From a virus, in the IMG/VR virus record IMGVR_UViG_3300020411_001722, positions 1-64,000 of that record: DNA of 64,000 bases. The stretch is one strand, 5' to 3'. A program made the translations under genes and the position numbers. Under the pieces are notes generated by a model. That model was not told the origin of the DNA. It made no database searches and worked only from the letters and a program-made list of their open reading frames with translations. This document shows, one piece after another, positions 33,515-44,500 of the stretch (position 1 is the stretch's first letter; every line of letters starts with the position of its first letter).

Positions 33515-34169
33515 TCCACATAGTAGTTGCCTTTGGATCTAGACCACGTTTAACTATAAGATTAAATGCTAATGATATACGTTCCTCATCAGTATTATTT
33601 GTTGATACATCATGTGGAACCCAACCAGGAAATAATATAAGTTTATTTACCATTGGTGGATATGTATAAGAACCCCAAGTACATGGTGTATCACCTTTAC
33701 TACCAGTAGAATAAGATCCCATACTTTTATATAAATGTGTCTCTAACAGATTACGTCTCACACTTAAACTACCACAGTCACCCTCTGGTACTTGTATATA
33801 AGTAGCACCACCAAATACAACACCAGGATGTGTATGAACTGATATCTTATCGCCAGGTGGTGTGAATACAAACCAGAAATTATCCATCTCAACATGTGAG
33901 TTGAATGGTGCCATATCATAATAACATTCCTTTGCTTTAGTCTCAACCTGATCGATCATATCACCTACAGGGCAAGAATGACCACGATAATCATCTGCAT
34001 TAAGATATTTTGATTCGTAACTTCCACCATCCATTTGAGTGAGTGCATCAACAATACGTCTATCACCTCTCACCTCACGTTGTGACTGTGCAAAGTCAAG
34101 TAGACCTTCAATCTGAAGATCTATATCACCATGCCACACTGGTGTTGGAAATAAGAATTCACACTCCAT
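33492..34169 (-). CDS. TIGR02466-family 2OG-Fe(II) oxygenase
   Basis: LFPTPVW, HTHPG, LFPGWVPHDV, RISLAFN; start trimmed to MECEFLF. Confidence 0.88.
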   Translation of the reverse strand: MECEFLFPTPVWHGDIDLQIEGLLDFAQSQREVRGDRRIVDALTQMDGGSYESKYLNADDYRGHSCPVGDMIDQVETKAKECYYDMAPFNSHVEMDNFWFVFTPPGDKISVHTHPGVVFGGATYIQVPEGDCGSLSVRRNLLETHLYKSMGSYSTGSKGDTPCTWGSYTYPPMVNKLILFPGWVPHDVSTNNTDEERISLAFNLIVKRGLDPKATTMWIDGNAHE

Positions 34170-34836
34170 AATGTTTAGCAACCTCTCCAAAATATGCTGA
34201 CTCATTCTCTATTTGAGGAGTCAAATTAAATGATACTGATATACGATCTTCTACATTATGACCTGCTTCTACACCATGTGGTAACCATGCAGGGAAGAAC
34301 ATTAAACGACCAGCGACAGGTGGATATGCCATCTGACTCCAACACCAAGGTGTATCCTCACCACCTTCACATGATGACTGCATGACACCAGCAGATGCAA
34401 AGAGAAAAGCAGATGTATGATCCCTATGGAATATTAAATCACCACTATCAGGTGGTGTTTTAACATAATATACACCAGACAATACAGAACCAGGATGTGT
34501 ATGAGTTACATTATAATCTCCACTATTAGAGTTATTAATGTTCATCCATATATTTGCTAACCTGACGTTACAACCCCAAGGTTTAAACCTAGCATGTATA
34601 TCTTCACCTAATGCTTTAATTCTTCTTGCTAAATCACCTAACGCATGGTCAGAATCCAGCATGTCCTCACCATCAAAATCAGGTGATTGAAAACCACCTA
34701 CATTTGATCTGGACATGCCCTTACCTTTATCTCTTACACTATAACAAAATGAGGCAATTGCGTCATTATCAACATCTAACTCTGTCCACCATATAGGTGT
34801 AGGAAAGAGTAATTCCTCCATCAAGTTGTCTGCCAT
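34159..34836 (-). CDS. TIGR02466-family 2OG-Fe(II) oxygenase
   Basis: LFPTPIW, SNVGGFQS, HTHPGSVLSGVYY, FPAWLPHGV, RISVSFN. Confidence 0.92.
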   Translation of the reverse strand: MADNLMEELLFPTPIWWTELDVDNDAIASFCYSVRDKGKGMSRSNVGGFQSPDFDGEDMLDSDHALGDLARRIKALGEDIHARFKPWGCNVRLANIWMNINNSNSGDYNVTHTHPGSVLSGVYYVKTPPDSGDLIFHRDHTSAFLFASAGVMQSSCEGGEDTPWCWSQMAYPPVAGRLMFFPAWLPHGVEAGHNVEDRISVSFNLTPQIENESAYFGEVAKHYGV

Positions 34837-35309
34837 TACACACCAGTTTTAACATCTGGTGCATTTGGATCAGGTACCCAATCTGCTAGATCTTCAAAAC
34901 CTGCTTTACCTTTAACTCTAACCTTTGGTGATGGTTTCTTAGGTATCTCTACATATGTCCTTGCTTCTTCACCCTTAACCTGTGTTAGAAACAAGTTCAA
35001 TGCATCAAGACCACCTTCAAGTTTAACCACTTCATCTCTTAATGATTGTACTTCTCTAAGGTCAAATGTATTATTACCTTGCTGTGGTTTATTACATATT
35101 GCATCCACCTGACTCTTAAGAACCAAATACCTATCATATTTAATAGCGTGTTGTGCTTTAAGATTTTCAAACAACTGATCAAATGTAATTAGATCAGTTT
35201 CCTCTCTTGGTGCCAGATCAGGATCATTTTTGAGTTCTAGATCTTCAATCTTGGTTACTTCTTCAGTCATAATAGTTCTTAATAATTTTTGAGTTGTTTC
35301 TAACGACAC
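34836..35309 (-). CDS. Hypothetical coiled-coil protein
   Basis: ORF track. Confidence 0.6.
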   Translation of the reverse strand: MSLETTQKLLRTIMTEEVTKIEDLELKNDPDLAPREETDLITFDQLFENLKAQHAIKYDRYLVLKSQVDAICNKPQQGNNTFDLREVQSLRDEVVKLEGGLDALNLFLTQVKGEEARTYVEIPKKPSPKVRVKGKAGFEDLADWVPDPNAPDVKTGV

Positions 35310-35982
35310 TGGGTGTGTCAGGTTTGAATTTAGTATCCATACTATAATTTATAGCATTTTCAAACCTCATATCTTTAGCAGTTGCATCTTCTACAACATA
35401 GTCCCAAGATCTTATTGAATCTCTAAGAATAGGTGTGAGTTGTAAGAGTGGTGTTCCCGCCTCAATTAAGGTTTCTCCCTCCTTAATATGCCAGTATAGT
35501 TGTGCATTTAATTGTGGAACCTTAGATGGATCTAATAGACCTGTTGCTGCGGTAAACCGTTTCTCTCCATTATATAGCACTGGAGACTGTATGAATACTA
35601 TGTCTTTACGTGCTGACACCCTCCAAGTAGTACCAATCTTAATTACAGAATTAATACTATTAGGTGGTGCTGAAGATTTTGCTTGCTTACCATCATGTAC
35701 ACCAATAAATCCTGAATCACTATCAAGTAGAGTTGGTGCTTCCCAATCTACTGACTCCATATCACCATTGGTCTTGATTATTAAATCACATGGCATAGGT
35801 AATATAAAACCTAGATTACCATATAATTTAATACCTGGGCATTTACTGGCATGTTTCTGCTTAGTAGCATGTTCACATGCACCAATACTCCTCTTTAACT
35901 TAGTTGCAGGGATTATTGGGTGGCAATCCTTGACACCAGGGCAAGTTGACCAAAATCTAATTGGTGGTTTCTTCTTGAACAT
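35263..35982 (-). CDS. Hypothetical protein, dUTPase-like beta-clip fold
   Basis: KCPGI...GFILPMPCD and IEAGTPLLQL.P pattern. Confidence 0.6.
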   Translation of the reverse strand: MFKKKPPIRFWSTCPGVKDCHPIIPATKLKRSIGACEHATKQKHASKCPGIKLYGNLGFILPMPCDLIIKTNGDMESVDWEAPTLLDSDSGFIGVHDGKQAKSSAPPNSINSVIKIGTTWRVSARKDIVFIQSPVLYNGEKRFTAATGLLDPSKVPQLNAQLYWHIKEGETLIEAGTPLLQLTPILRDSIRSWDYVVEDATAKDMRFENAINYSMDTKFKPDTPSVVRNNSKIIKNYYD

Positions 35983-37525
35983 TGTATATGTTATCCAATA
36001 AGTATTGCCAAGACGATTTACATCCGTTGATGTATTCTAACGCTTCTGCCTGTGCTTTGTCAACTACCTTATCCCACTCCTCAACTGGTGCTTCACCATA
36101 TTTAAAAGTCTTATGCTTCATTCCTATAGATCTAAGAGGTGAATAGTTATTACCAGCAAGTACATATAAATCTCCTGCAAATTGTTCAGGAAAATCATAA
36201 GTCTTATACTTACATACACTTAGATCTCTAAAAGGATTATCCTCTGGATGTGGCATATTTGTATGATCTCGATGATAATCAATATCCTCAGTCACATGCC
36301 TCCAATACTTTGTATCTCTACGCATTGAAAATGCATAATGCCATGCAATAAAGTCAGAGAAACCTTCCATCTCTCTACTTGCTGCTTCATTAAATAAATC
36401 CTTTTCAATACTACCTATAACACCCTCACGATTCTCTAGAGTACCAATCAATCTGATTATATTCTCATGTGTTGTTAATAATCCTGTTGATTCTAATGGT
36501 TCTAAGAAACCATATGATAACCCAATCGCTACAACATTCTTATACCATGCTGACTCATGCTTACCATTTTTAATATCAATAGTCTTTAACTCAGGTGGCA
36601 TATAATGTGGATATACTTCCTCTATATGCTCACGAAATTCTTTCTCTGCACCCTCTTGATCCTGATATAAATCAGACCAAACATATCCTGCACCAGTTCT
36701 ATTCCATAAAGGAACACTCCATGCCCAACCATTACCTAAAGCATATCCATTAGTAAAGTTCTTTACTTCACCTGTATCATCACCCCAATGAGGTATTCTA
36801 CACACTGTTGCTTTATTATTAGGAAGAATATCTTTATATGAATGATGCTTCACACACATATATTCTTCAAGTAACAGTGATTTAAATCCTGTACAATCAA
36901 TAAACAAATCTGCTGTGAAATCACCAGCAGATGTCTTTAAGGTTTCAATACCTCTATCAGACTCAGTAAAATCTAATACATCTGCTGATACATGTTTAAT
37001 ATTCTTACATACATTATTCTTTAACCACTGACCAAACTTAATTGAATCCATATGATAAGAATAATCCTTACCAAAGGAACCCCACCTACCCTCACTATCT
37101 AATTTATTCTCTTCCATTAGCAAGGTATTACCATTTACTAACCTTGCAAAGGTATTAGGATTACCATACTTTTCTGGATATGCATCTCTCAAATACCAAA
37201 AAGTTTGTAATCCTGCTGGTAATGATTCATCAGATGGTTCAACAAATGGATAATCCCAATATGTACCATCATTCTTATAGAAATTAGTAAATCTTATTCC
37301 TACCTTATAGGTAGCATCACATTCTTGCATCCACTCCTTATCTTCTATTCCAAGAAGTCGCATGAAAAAATTAATATGCCCCAAAGTAGATTCCCCGACT
37401 CCTATGGTAGGAACGTTCGGGGATTCTATTAGAGTTACATTGTAGTCAGGGAGCATCCTTTCAAATGCTGCTGCGGTCATCCATCCAGAGGATCCACCGC
37501 CCACGATAATAACATTACGAATCAT
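35957..37525 (-). CDS. prnA: Flavin-dependent tryptophan-halogenase family protein
   Basis: GGGSSG FAD motif, IGVGEST, ATYK (catalytic Lys), FIDCTG, GWAWSVPL (WxWxIP), FLEPLESTG. Confidence 0.92.
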   Translation of the reverse strand: MIRNVIIVGGGSSGWMTAAAFERMLPDYNVTLIESPNVPTIGVGESTLGHINFFMRLLGIEDKEWMQECDATYKVGIRFTNFYKNDGTYWDYPFVEPSDESLPAGLQTFWYLRDAYPEKYGNPNTFARLVNGNTLLMEENKLDSEGRWGSFGKDYSYHMDSIKFGQWLKNNVCKNIKHVSADVLDFTESDRGIETLKTSAGDFTADLFIDCTGFKSLLLEEYMCVKHHSYKDILPNNKATVCRIPHWGDDTGEVKNFTNGYALGNGWAWSVPLWNRTGAGYVWSDLYQDQEGAEKEFREHIEEVYPHYMPPELKTIDIKNGKHESAWYKNVVAIGLSYGFLEPLESTGLLTTHENIIRLIGTLENREGVIGSIEKDLFNEAASREMEGFSDFIAWHYAFSMRRDTKYWRHVTEDIDYHRDHTNMPHPEDNPFRDLSVCKYKTYDFPEQFAGDLYVLAGNNYSPLRSIGMKHKTFKYGEAPVEEWDKVVDKAQAEALEYINGCKSSWQYLLDNIYNVQEETTN

Positions 37526-37532
37526 AAATCAA

Positions 37533-38114
37533 TTAGTTGTAGTCTTCGTCTTTCTCCTCTCTTGGTAATACTGGTTCAGTTTCAGCATTGTCCCATTTAC
37601 ATCCATCACCTTCAACCATATATTTTACATAGGTTTGGTACTGTTTGTCAATCTTTAATGAAGGATACTCTGCTTCTGCCTCTTCACGAGTCCACCATGC
37701 AGGTATTAAATCATTGTGTTCCCAAGGTTGGTATGGATCCCAAGGTTTTCCAGTTTCAGGATCGATCTGGATGTCACCATACTTCTCTTTTGCTTCTATC
37801 TTTACAGATTCAATTGCTCTAAAGAATTTACCTTTCTTAGCATCCTCACCAAATAGTCCATCCTTTATATCATCATAGATACGTGCAAGTTGTGAACCCT
37901 GATCACCATATCCTACAACTCTTGCTTGTAATGGATCTACGTGGTTATGATTTGGAATCCACTCATTGAATTCCATTTTCCAGTCGAGTGTTACCTCGTC
38001 AGGTGCGTCTACCCAATGGAGTTTAGCACCAGGACCAGTATATACATCAAACTCATCTCCAGGTTCGACGATATCTGTTATATGTCCAGATTGTTGAATT
38101 AATGCTCTTTTCAT
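37533..38114 (-). CDS. Probable tail-fibre assembly chaperone
   Basis: Follows a fibre gene; R..Y....QL..IY.DI..G pattern. Confidence 0.5.
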   Translation of the reverse strand: MKRALIQQSGHITDIVEPGDEFDVYTGPGAKLHWVDAPDEVTLDWKMEFNEWIPNHNHVDPLQARVVGYGDQGSQLARIYDDIKDGLFGEDAKKGKFFRAIESVKIEAKEKYGDIQIDPETGKPWDPYQPWEHNDLIPAWWTREEAEAEYPSLKIDKQYQTYVKYMVEGDGCKWDNAETEPVLPREEKDEDYN

Positions 38115-38115
38115 T

Positions 38116-38919
38116 TTAGTTAAAGTTGTAGACTACGATGTAACCTTGACGACCATTTCCACCTCGCTCACTGTTACGTCCTGATGAACCACCAGCACCC
38201 CAAGCAGCGTGTGATCTATAGTTGTGTGCCCACTGTTGTTGGAAGTGTGATGTTGGTGCAGCACCACCCCAGAAGGAAGTACCACCAAATCCCATACCTG
38301 GTTGGGAGTTCTTGTGACCATCACCTGATCCACCGTAAACCTGTACAGCACCCTGATTAGGTGATCCACCTAATGAACCTGAGTGTTGTCTTTGTCTGTT
38401 AGCACCCTGTCCACCACCAGATGAACAATAGTTACCGAATGATGAGGTACCACCGTTACCACCTTGAGATGAATATCCAACACCATTACCTTCACCACCA
38501 ACAGTAACGTTGATTGAGTTTATATTCGATACATCAATAATCTGTTCAGTATGTGCACCAGCACCAGCAGTTTCACCATAACCTGATGAACCACCGCCAC
38601 CACCTGTACATTTGACCCAAATCCTCTTAACTCCAGAAGGTTTGTTCCATGTAGTGTTGTTATTATATGTGTTAATAGAAATCGGTCCACCACCACCTTG
38701 AACAGTTCCCCATGACATGTTAGTGCCGTCTGTGGTCAAATACTTACCTGCTTGACCAGACTGTGATGGGATAATTTGTCCAGATGAACCACTGATAGTA
38801 CCATTGATTTGCAGGTTTGTAACCGTCAATGTACCATTCGCAGTTATACTTCCACTAGAAAAGGAAAATCCACCTTGTCCAGCGAGGTCTTTAACCGATG
38901 CAACTTTTAGGGTACTCAT
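38116..38919 (-). CDS. Gly-rich short tail fibre/adhesin
   Basis: MSTLKV N-terminus, PSQSGQAGKYLTTDG..SW, W.KPSGVKRI.V...GGGGG glycine-rich domain. Confidence 0.75.
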   Translation of the reverse strand: MSTLKVASVKDLAGQGGFSFSSGSITANGTLTVTNLQINGTISGSSGQIIPSQSGQAGKYLTTDGTNMSWGTVQGGGGPISINTYNNNTTWNKPSGVKRIWVKCTGGGGGSSGYGETAGAGAHTEQIIDVSNINSINVTVGGEGNGVGYSSQGGNGGTSSFGNYCSSGGGQGANRQRQHSGSLGGSPNQGAVQVYGGSGDGHKNSQPGMGFGGTSFWGGAAPTSHFQQQWAHNYRSHAAWGAGGSSGRNSERGGNGRQGYIVVYNFN

Positions 38920-38945
38920 TCTTTACTTTGAACCTCTTACGTTTT

Positions 38946-38953
38946 TATTTATA
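38946..38953 (-). promoter_or_regulatory. T4 late promoter TATAAATA
   Basis: Perfect consensus 26 nt upstream of the start at 38919. Confidence 0.85.
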
Positions 38954-38967
38954 ATAATTCTTTGGTA

Positions 38968-40677
38968 TTAATGGACCCAAAGCGTCCAGTCATTTGTATA
39001 ACGATACTCACCGTAGGCATCAGTGGTACCCCAAATTATCCAAGGATCATTAGTGGTTTCACTACCAAATCCATTTGGTCCATAGTTTGCAGAGTGTGAG
39101 TTATTACCACTACCTAGGTTGCCAGGATCAATAACATGCATGTCTTGACTCCAACTACCACTGTTACCAGTCCAGATCACTGCCCAGTATCCAGATCCAT
39201 TATTCTCATAAGGACTGTTGTTAATAATACCACTGAAGTTCTGGTTAAAGTTACCAAAGTCAGCAGTGTGCCAACCACCTGCCTGATATGAAGCATTATA
39301 CTTAACTCTAGTTAGTCTTGGAAGACCAATTCTAATTGTAGATAATGAGTTACCACCTTGATGGTTTTGCTCTCTACCTATTCTATGGAGTCCTTGACTA
39401 ATAGTAGAATTAGATGTGCTATCAGTGGAATTGTTATGGAAAGCAGGTCTTATACTCTCTGGTGAACCATATACTGTATATGGAATATTATTATAGTTTT
39501 GACCAAAGAATGAATCATCAAACTTTGCCCATCCTGCATGTCCAGAACCAAATCTATCACTAGCATCATACTCCATTTCTAAAGCAGTGCCATGAACTTT
39601 CAACCATACTGTACTACCAGTATGACCCTCTGATGCTGCTTGTCTAGCAGAATCGGCAGGATTACTTTGGGATCCACCTTTTCTACTACCTCCACCTCCA
39701 CCAGTCTGGAGATTTTTTGGAACAATAACTAAGAGACCACCGCCTCCACGACCACCTGAGTTTCCACCTCTACCCACATTTGTATTAGGGAAATATGGAG
39801 ATGATTGACCAGCAGCGTTACCTCCTCGACTTCCTCGTGCCCAACTAGCACTACCGACACGACCTATATATCCTGATCCACCGCCACCTGCACCTGGACC
39901 TGAGGAACCGCCACCGCCTCCTCCGTAGTATCCACCACCGCCACCTGCTCCTTGACTTCCTCCAGTACCACCTCTCATGGCACCAGAGCAGCAAGCGTTA
40001 GCACCAGCGTTACCGTTGGATCCACCACCAGACTGGGATCCACCACCACCGCCACGTGAGCAGCAGTTTGATGCTTGGTCTCCTGATGAACCACCGCCAC
40101 CACCGCCATATGCAGTGTCACCTGATCCACCACCACCGCCTCCAGCGATGATAATTGCTTGTCCTGTTGAAATACTAGTTGAAAGGAATATTCCTGTTAG
40201 TCCTCCTCCACCACCACCATCATTATTACTATTACTATTGGTACCAGAGTTACCAGCACGAGTATTATATCCGTTATATTGATTATTGTCTGAAGGAGAC
40301 TGGTTACCTCCCTCACCTGCTCCACCTATTATGACTCCGTATGCATTACCTGCATTAAATGTATATGTTCCTGAAGCAAATCCACCACCTCCACCAGTCT
40401 GACTACTAGTTCTCTTAGTTCCACCACCACCAGCACCCCATGCATATATGGTAGTTTCAGTTTCCTCACTGAATGTGATAGTTGTGTTATACCATCCAGA
40501 TCCACCATTATTTTCTGCGTTCCATGAAATTGGTGAATCATTTGCTAAGGTATACTCATTATTAATTTGACCACTTATAGTTAATTTATAAGTACGTCCA
40601 CCACCAGCAGCACCACCACCTGCTGCTTTCACACCAGATGACATGGGTCTATATGCTCCAGAAAATCCAAATTTCAT
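38968..40677 (-). CDS. Gly-rich fibre/receptor-binding protein
   Basis: WGAGGGG..GGGGGYYGGGGG..GGGGSGY polyglycine domain plus a C-terminal globular domain. Confidence 0.75.
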   Translation of the reverse strand: MKFGFSGAYRPMSSGVKAAGGGAAGGGRTYKLTISGQINNEYTLANDSPISWNAENNGGSGWYNTTITFSEETETTIYAWGAGGGGTKRTSSQTGGGGGFASGTYTFNAGNAYGVIIGGAGEGGNQSPSDNNQYNGYNTRAGNSGTNSNSNNDGGGGGGLTGIFLSTSISTGQAIIIAGGGGGGSGDTAYGGGGGGSSGDQASNCCSRGGGGGSQSGGGSNGNAGANACCSGAMRGGTGGSQGAGGGGGYYGGGGGGSSGPGAGGGGSGYIGRVGSASWARGSRGGNAAGQSSPYFPNTNVGRGGNSGGRGGGGLLVIVPKNLQTGGGGGSRKGGSQSNPADSARQAASEGHTGSTVWLKVHGTALEMEYDASDRFGSGHAGWAKFDDSFFGQNYNNIPYTVYGSPESIRPAFHNNSTDSTSNSTISQGLHRIGREQNHQGGNSLSTIRIGLPRLTRVKYNASYQAGGWHTADFGNFNQNFSGIINNSPYENNGSGYWAVIWTGNSGSWSQDMHVIDPGNLGSGNNSHSANYGPNGFGSETTNDPWIIWGTTDAYGEYRYTNDWTLWVH

Positions 40678-40683
40678 AGGTAT

Positions 40684-41550
40684 CTACGTGCTATATTCAG
40701 ATGAAGAACCGAAAATAATAAAGTTTTGTCCAACTGGTTGTCCATCATAGGAAGTATTAATCCATGAGAATGACTGTATCAAATGTGTACCTGCCATTGA
40801 TGGTGCTTGTCCACCTGCCCAAATTACTGTTTGATCCACACCATTAATCTGTAGATTATTACAAGCACCAACTGCACCATCATTAGCATTAACAATAGTA
40901 AGACCGTATCCTGCTTGCTCTAATTGTACGTTGGTTAAATTAAGAGTATAGTCACCACCACCAGTCCTCCTCATATATATGAGGTTACCATCATTAAAAC
41001 TATGTGTCTGACTACTACTTGCTGAAGAATAATATTTAACTATCTCCTTAGTTTCAGAGAAATGGAATGTACCAGTAGCAGTAAGTTTATCTGTAGTAAT
41101 ATCTGTTGAACTAATAACTGTCTGATCGTTGGTACCCATAACCATCCACGTGGCACCATTCTCTACGGTAACCGTGAAACCATTTTGTATTGTTACAGGA
41201 CCAGCAGTAAATCCATTAGTAAACTCAGCACCACCGTTAGCAGTAGGACCAACTGTTACGTTCTCTGCAATAGTTGTTCCGTTAGTTCTAATAATTGAGT
41301 TCTCACCAACAGCAGGACCACCACCACCGACACTTGCCCAACCAGCAGCACCAGAAGCAGCATCCTGTAAATATATCTGTGCTTTATCTTCTGTCGTATT
41401 ATATACTAAAGTTCCAAATGCAGGAGTACCAAGTGCATCACGTTGTGATGTGTTTAAGTCTGGTAAGTTGACCTGCTCTGTTACATCCATTGCAGTTACA
41501 ATGGCACGAGTAGCAGCATCAATCTGATTACCAATTATTTTTGTTGTCAT
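40684..41550 (-). CDS. Tail fibre-associated structural protein
   Basis: LP...QRDAL..P..G.LVYNT and IIRTN..TI.EN.T...NG.TAGP.TI motifs common in cyanophage fibres. Confidence 0.65.
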   Translation of the reverse strand: MTTKIIGNQIDAATRAIVTAMDVTEQVNLPDLNTSQRDALGTPAFGTLVYNTTEDKAQIYLQDAASGAAGWASVGGGGPAVGENSIIRTNGTTIAENVTVGPTANGGAEFTNGFTAGPVTIQNGFTVTVENGATWMVMGTNDQTVISSTDITTDKLTATGTFHFSETKEIVKYYSSASSSQTHSFNDGNLIYMRRTGGGDYTLNLTNVQLEQAGYGLTIVNANDGAVGACNNLQINGVDQTVIWAGGQAPSMAGTHLIQSFSWINTSYDGQPVGQNFIIFGSSSEYST

Positions 41551-41572
41551 GAGTTGTGCCTCGTGAAATTAA

Positions 41573-44500
41573 TTAGATAACAAGTTCACGTATTTGTACC
41601 TTATCACCTGTAGCAGGTGGAGTACCAACACTGAAATCAACAGCATTACCAGTAACAGTGTAATCAACGCCAGGTACCTGACAAACACCATTTAAGAATA
41701 CTAATAATGAATATGCTGTATGTCCAGCAGTTATAGCAAATGAGGATGTAGAACCATCACCATTGTACATAACACCATTATTACTGTTAGCAATACCAGT
41801 TGCCAATGAATAGTTATCCACACAACCATACTTACCAGTAACATCTAGATCACCAGTAATGGTTGTATTACCATTTACTCTCAATCTATTTGATGCATCT
41901 GCTGATTCACCTAGACCGAAGTGAGTAGTACCACCGAATCTAGTAGTCTTAATATCCTCAGAATCAGAAACACCAAACTTATACCAGATACCTTGATCGT
42001 ATATCCAACCTAATGGTGTACCTGGAGTCCAGTCAATGTTATAACAAATATCACCATTATTAAATGCAGTACCCGCTTGAACGTCAGGTAATCCAGTTCC
42101 CAATTCTTCAGCAAGGAAGAACTGTTTCAATACAGTACCATCATCATTAGAAAATGTCTGCTTAATAGTTTGGATATTCTCCTGTGATGTTATCTTCTTC
42201 TGGAAGGTAACAGGACCAGAGAATACTGATTCCAACTGGTTAGCAGCACCACCAATAACAGTTAATTTATCAGTAAGAACGATTTCACTAAACGTCTCGA
42301 TCTCACCTTCTTCACCCACAACATTTAATTGTGCAATATCTTCTGAAGTTATCTGACCTGTAACTGGGTTAATAACTTGGTTACCAATGAATAGTTCACC
42401 ATCACTGTTAACACCAGTATAGTATGCAACACCTGCTTCTTCTTTTAACTGCTGAGATAATCTAACCTCTGCCTGAGTTAAAACTTGTACCTGTGTTGAT
42501 GGGAACGCTGTACTGTAGTTACCTGGACCAAAACCAAGATATTCAAATGTGTGACCTGATGCTCTTAGAATTGAATATCTTCTCAATTCAGTTAACAATG
42601 GTGATACTGATAGGTCAGCATTTAATTTCAATGCTATCTTTCTTTCTTCCTCATCACCTAAACCTGCAACAACACTAACATTATTCAATGTGTTAGCAGA
42701 CGTACTATATCCTAAGTTATTTTCAGTTTCAAGTAAGAAGAACTGTGCTGCTTCCCTAGTAATTGAAAGTAATGTATTTTCTGCTGGAGTTGGTGATGCA
42801 CCATCTGTAGTTTTAACAAGACCAATGATCTGATTGTCTGCAACAGATACAGCAGCAGCAGGATCAGCAGCAGGATTATCTCTATCAAATGCAGGATATA
42901 CATCCGACGTTTGTTGAGAGAACGCCATATCATTGAAGTTATCAGTAGATGGTGTTACTGATGCTGATAGTATAGTTAGATAATATACACCGTCAGTTAC
43001 ACCTCTTTCAAATGGTATATGTGTCTCAACTTCAAAGATATAATATACCTTAGAATATTGTGGTGAGTTAGTCTCGGATGAACGTGGTTGTAATACGAAA
43101 CCAGTAATAGGTTCACGAGGTACAGGGAATGCATCCTTATCAAGAACATATCTAAATCTGTATGTTCTATCCTTCAAGTTACGTGGGTCAGGTAGACGAC
43201 GTACAAATGTTGGTGGAGTAAATGCTAAGTTTTGATATAAACTATTTGCTAATAGTGTTGTATAGATCGTATTAGCAGAAGAATCAACAGAAATATACCA
43301 GTTATTCTGTGCTGGATCCCATTTAATAGGTGAGTTCTCATCACCTGGTTTTTGACCTGTTACAGTAGGACCAGCAGGGTTAATATTTGCGTAGTGAGTA
43401 GTAGGATTATCTGCACCTGATGCTTTCAGTAATACATATACCTTATCTGGTTCAGATACACTATCACGACGTGCACCTATAGTATATCCCTGTACTTTAC
43501 TTGGTGGTTTCGCTGTTTCAGACGTATAACCATAGAGATATAGTTTAGATGAGTCAGCAGCAGATCTGATCTTTGCAATATCTAATGATACCCAGTTAAT
43601 AGGTACCTCTGCTACGTCAGCTAATGACTTAGGTGGAATTATATGTGTTACGGAACCTGCTTTGTCTTTAGTAAATGCAGAATCCCTGAAACCTTTGGAT
43701 CGTAAGGATGTGTTACCGAAGTTTGAGTTAGAGTTCGTGATAGAGAGGTCACCACCACTGTCTGCGAAGAAGTGGTCTCCGAATCCAACAGCGAACACAG
43801 ATACGACTTGTATGAATGCTCCATTTGATGCCTTAATATGTACACTTCGCCAACCCTTTCGGTGTTTTGCTAGACCATTAATATGCGAACCTGATCCTTG
43901 TGCTTGTGGTTCATATGCACTTGTAGATTGGTTATACAATACAAATGCTCTGTCATCCTTTTGTAGTGAGATACCAGTGAACTGTGCCACAACCATTGAT
44001 TTAAAACCAGTTGCCTTAGCACCATCTGCATGCATACCACATATACCCCATACTGATCTTAGTGAACAGTTAAAGACATATGGTGATGCAGAGTCAACAG
44101 TATCAATCTCAACCTTAACTAGGATATTAGAACCAAGAGCATTACCTGATGGTTCAGATGCCATCTGATAGGTAAACTGGTTACCTTGAGCAGACGTAAT
44201 TAAGAATGATCCATTATATAAGAGTTGGTCTTGTTCTGTAGGACCAGTAACACCAGAGATGTTAACTGCAACACCCACAGAGAAACCGTGGTTCTTGGGG
44301 TTACCAAGTTCATCCACAGTAAATGCTGTTGCGGTCTGACCATTTCTAACAATCTGAGATATAGCAAATTCGTCAGAAATTGGACCAACAATTCTATTTT
44401 CCTCAACCCTTGCCTGTATCTGATCCTGTGCAACGAGACCAGAAGAATCAGGAATAGTAGCATAACCTTTAGAGATCTTCTGATAGTATAAATCTAGATC

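Noticed and set aside
35435-36001. 188-aa plus-strand ORF, and similar ones at 39977, 41129, 43662 and 59701
   Set aside because: Antisense mirrors of well-supported minus-strand genes, caused by codon bias; no promoter or family motifs.
39690-40440. (CCA)n/(CCG)n tracts as microsatellite or phase-variation elements
   Set aside because: They encode polyglycine runs with mixed codons in an intact reading frame.
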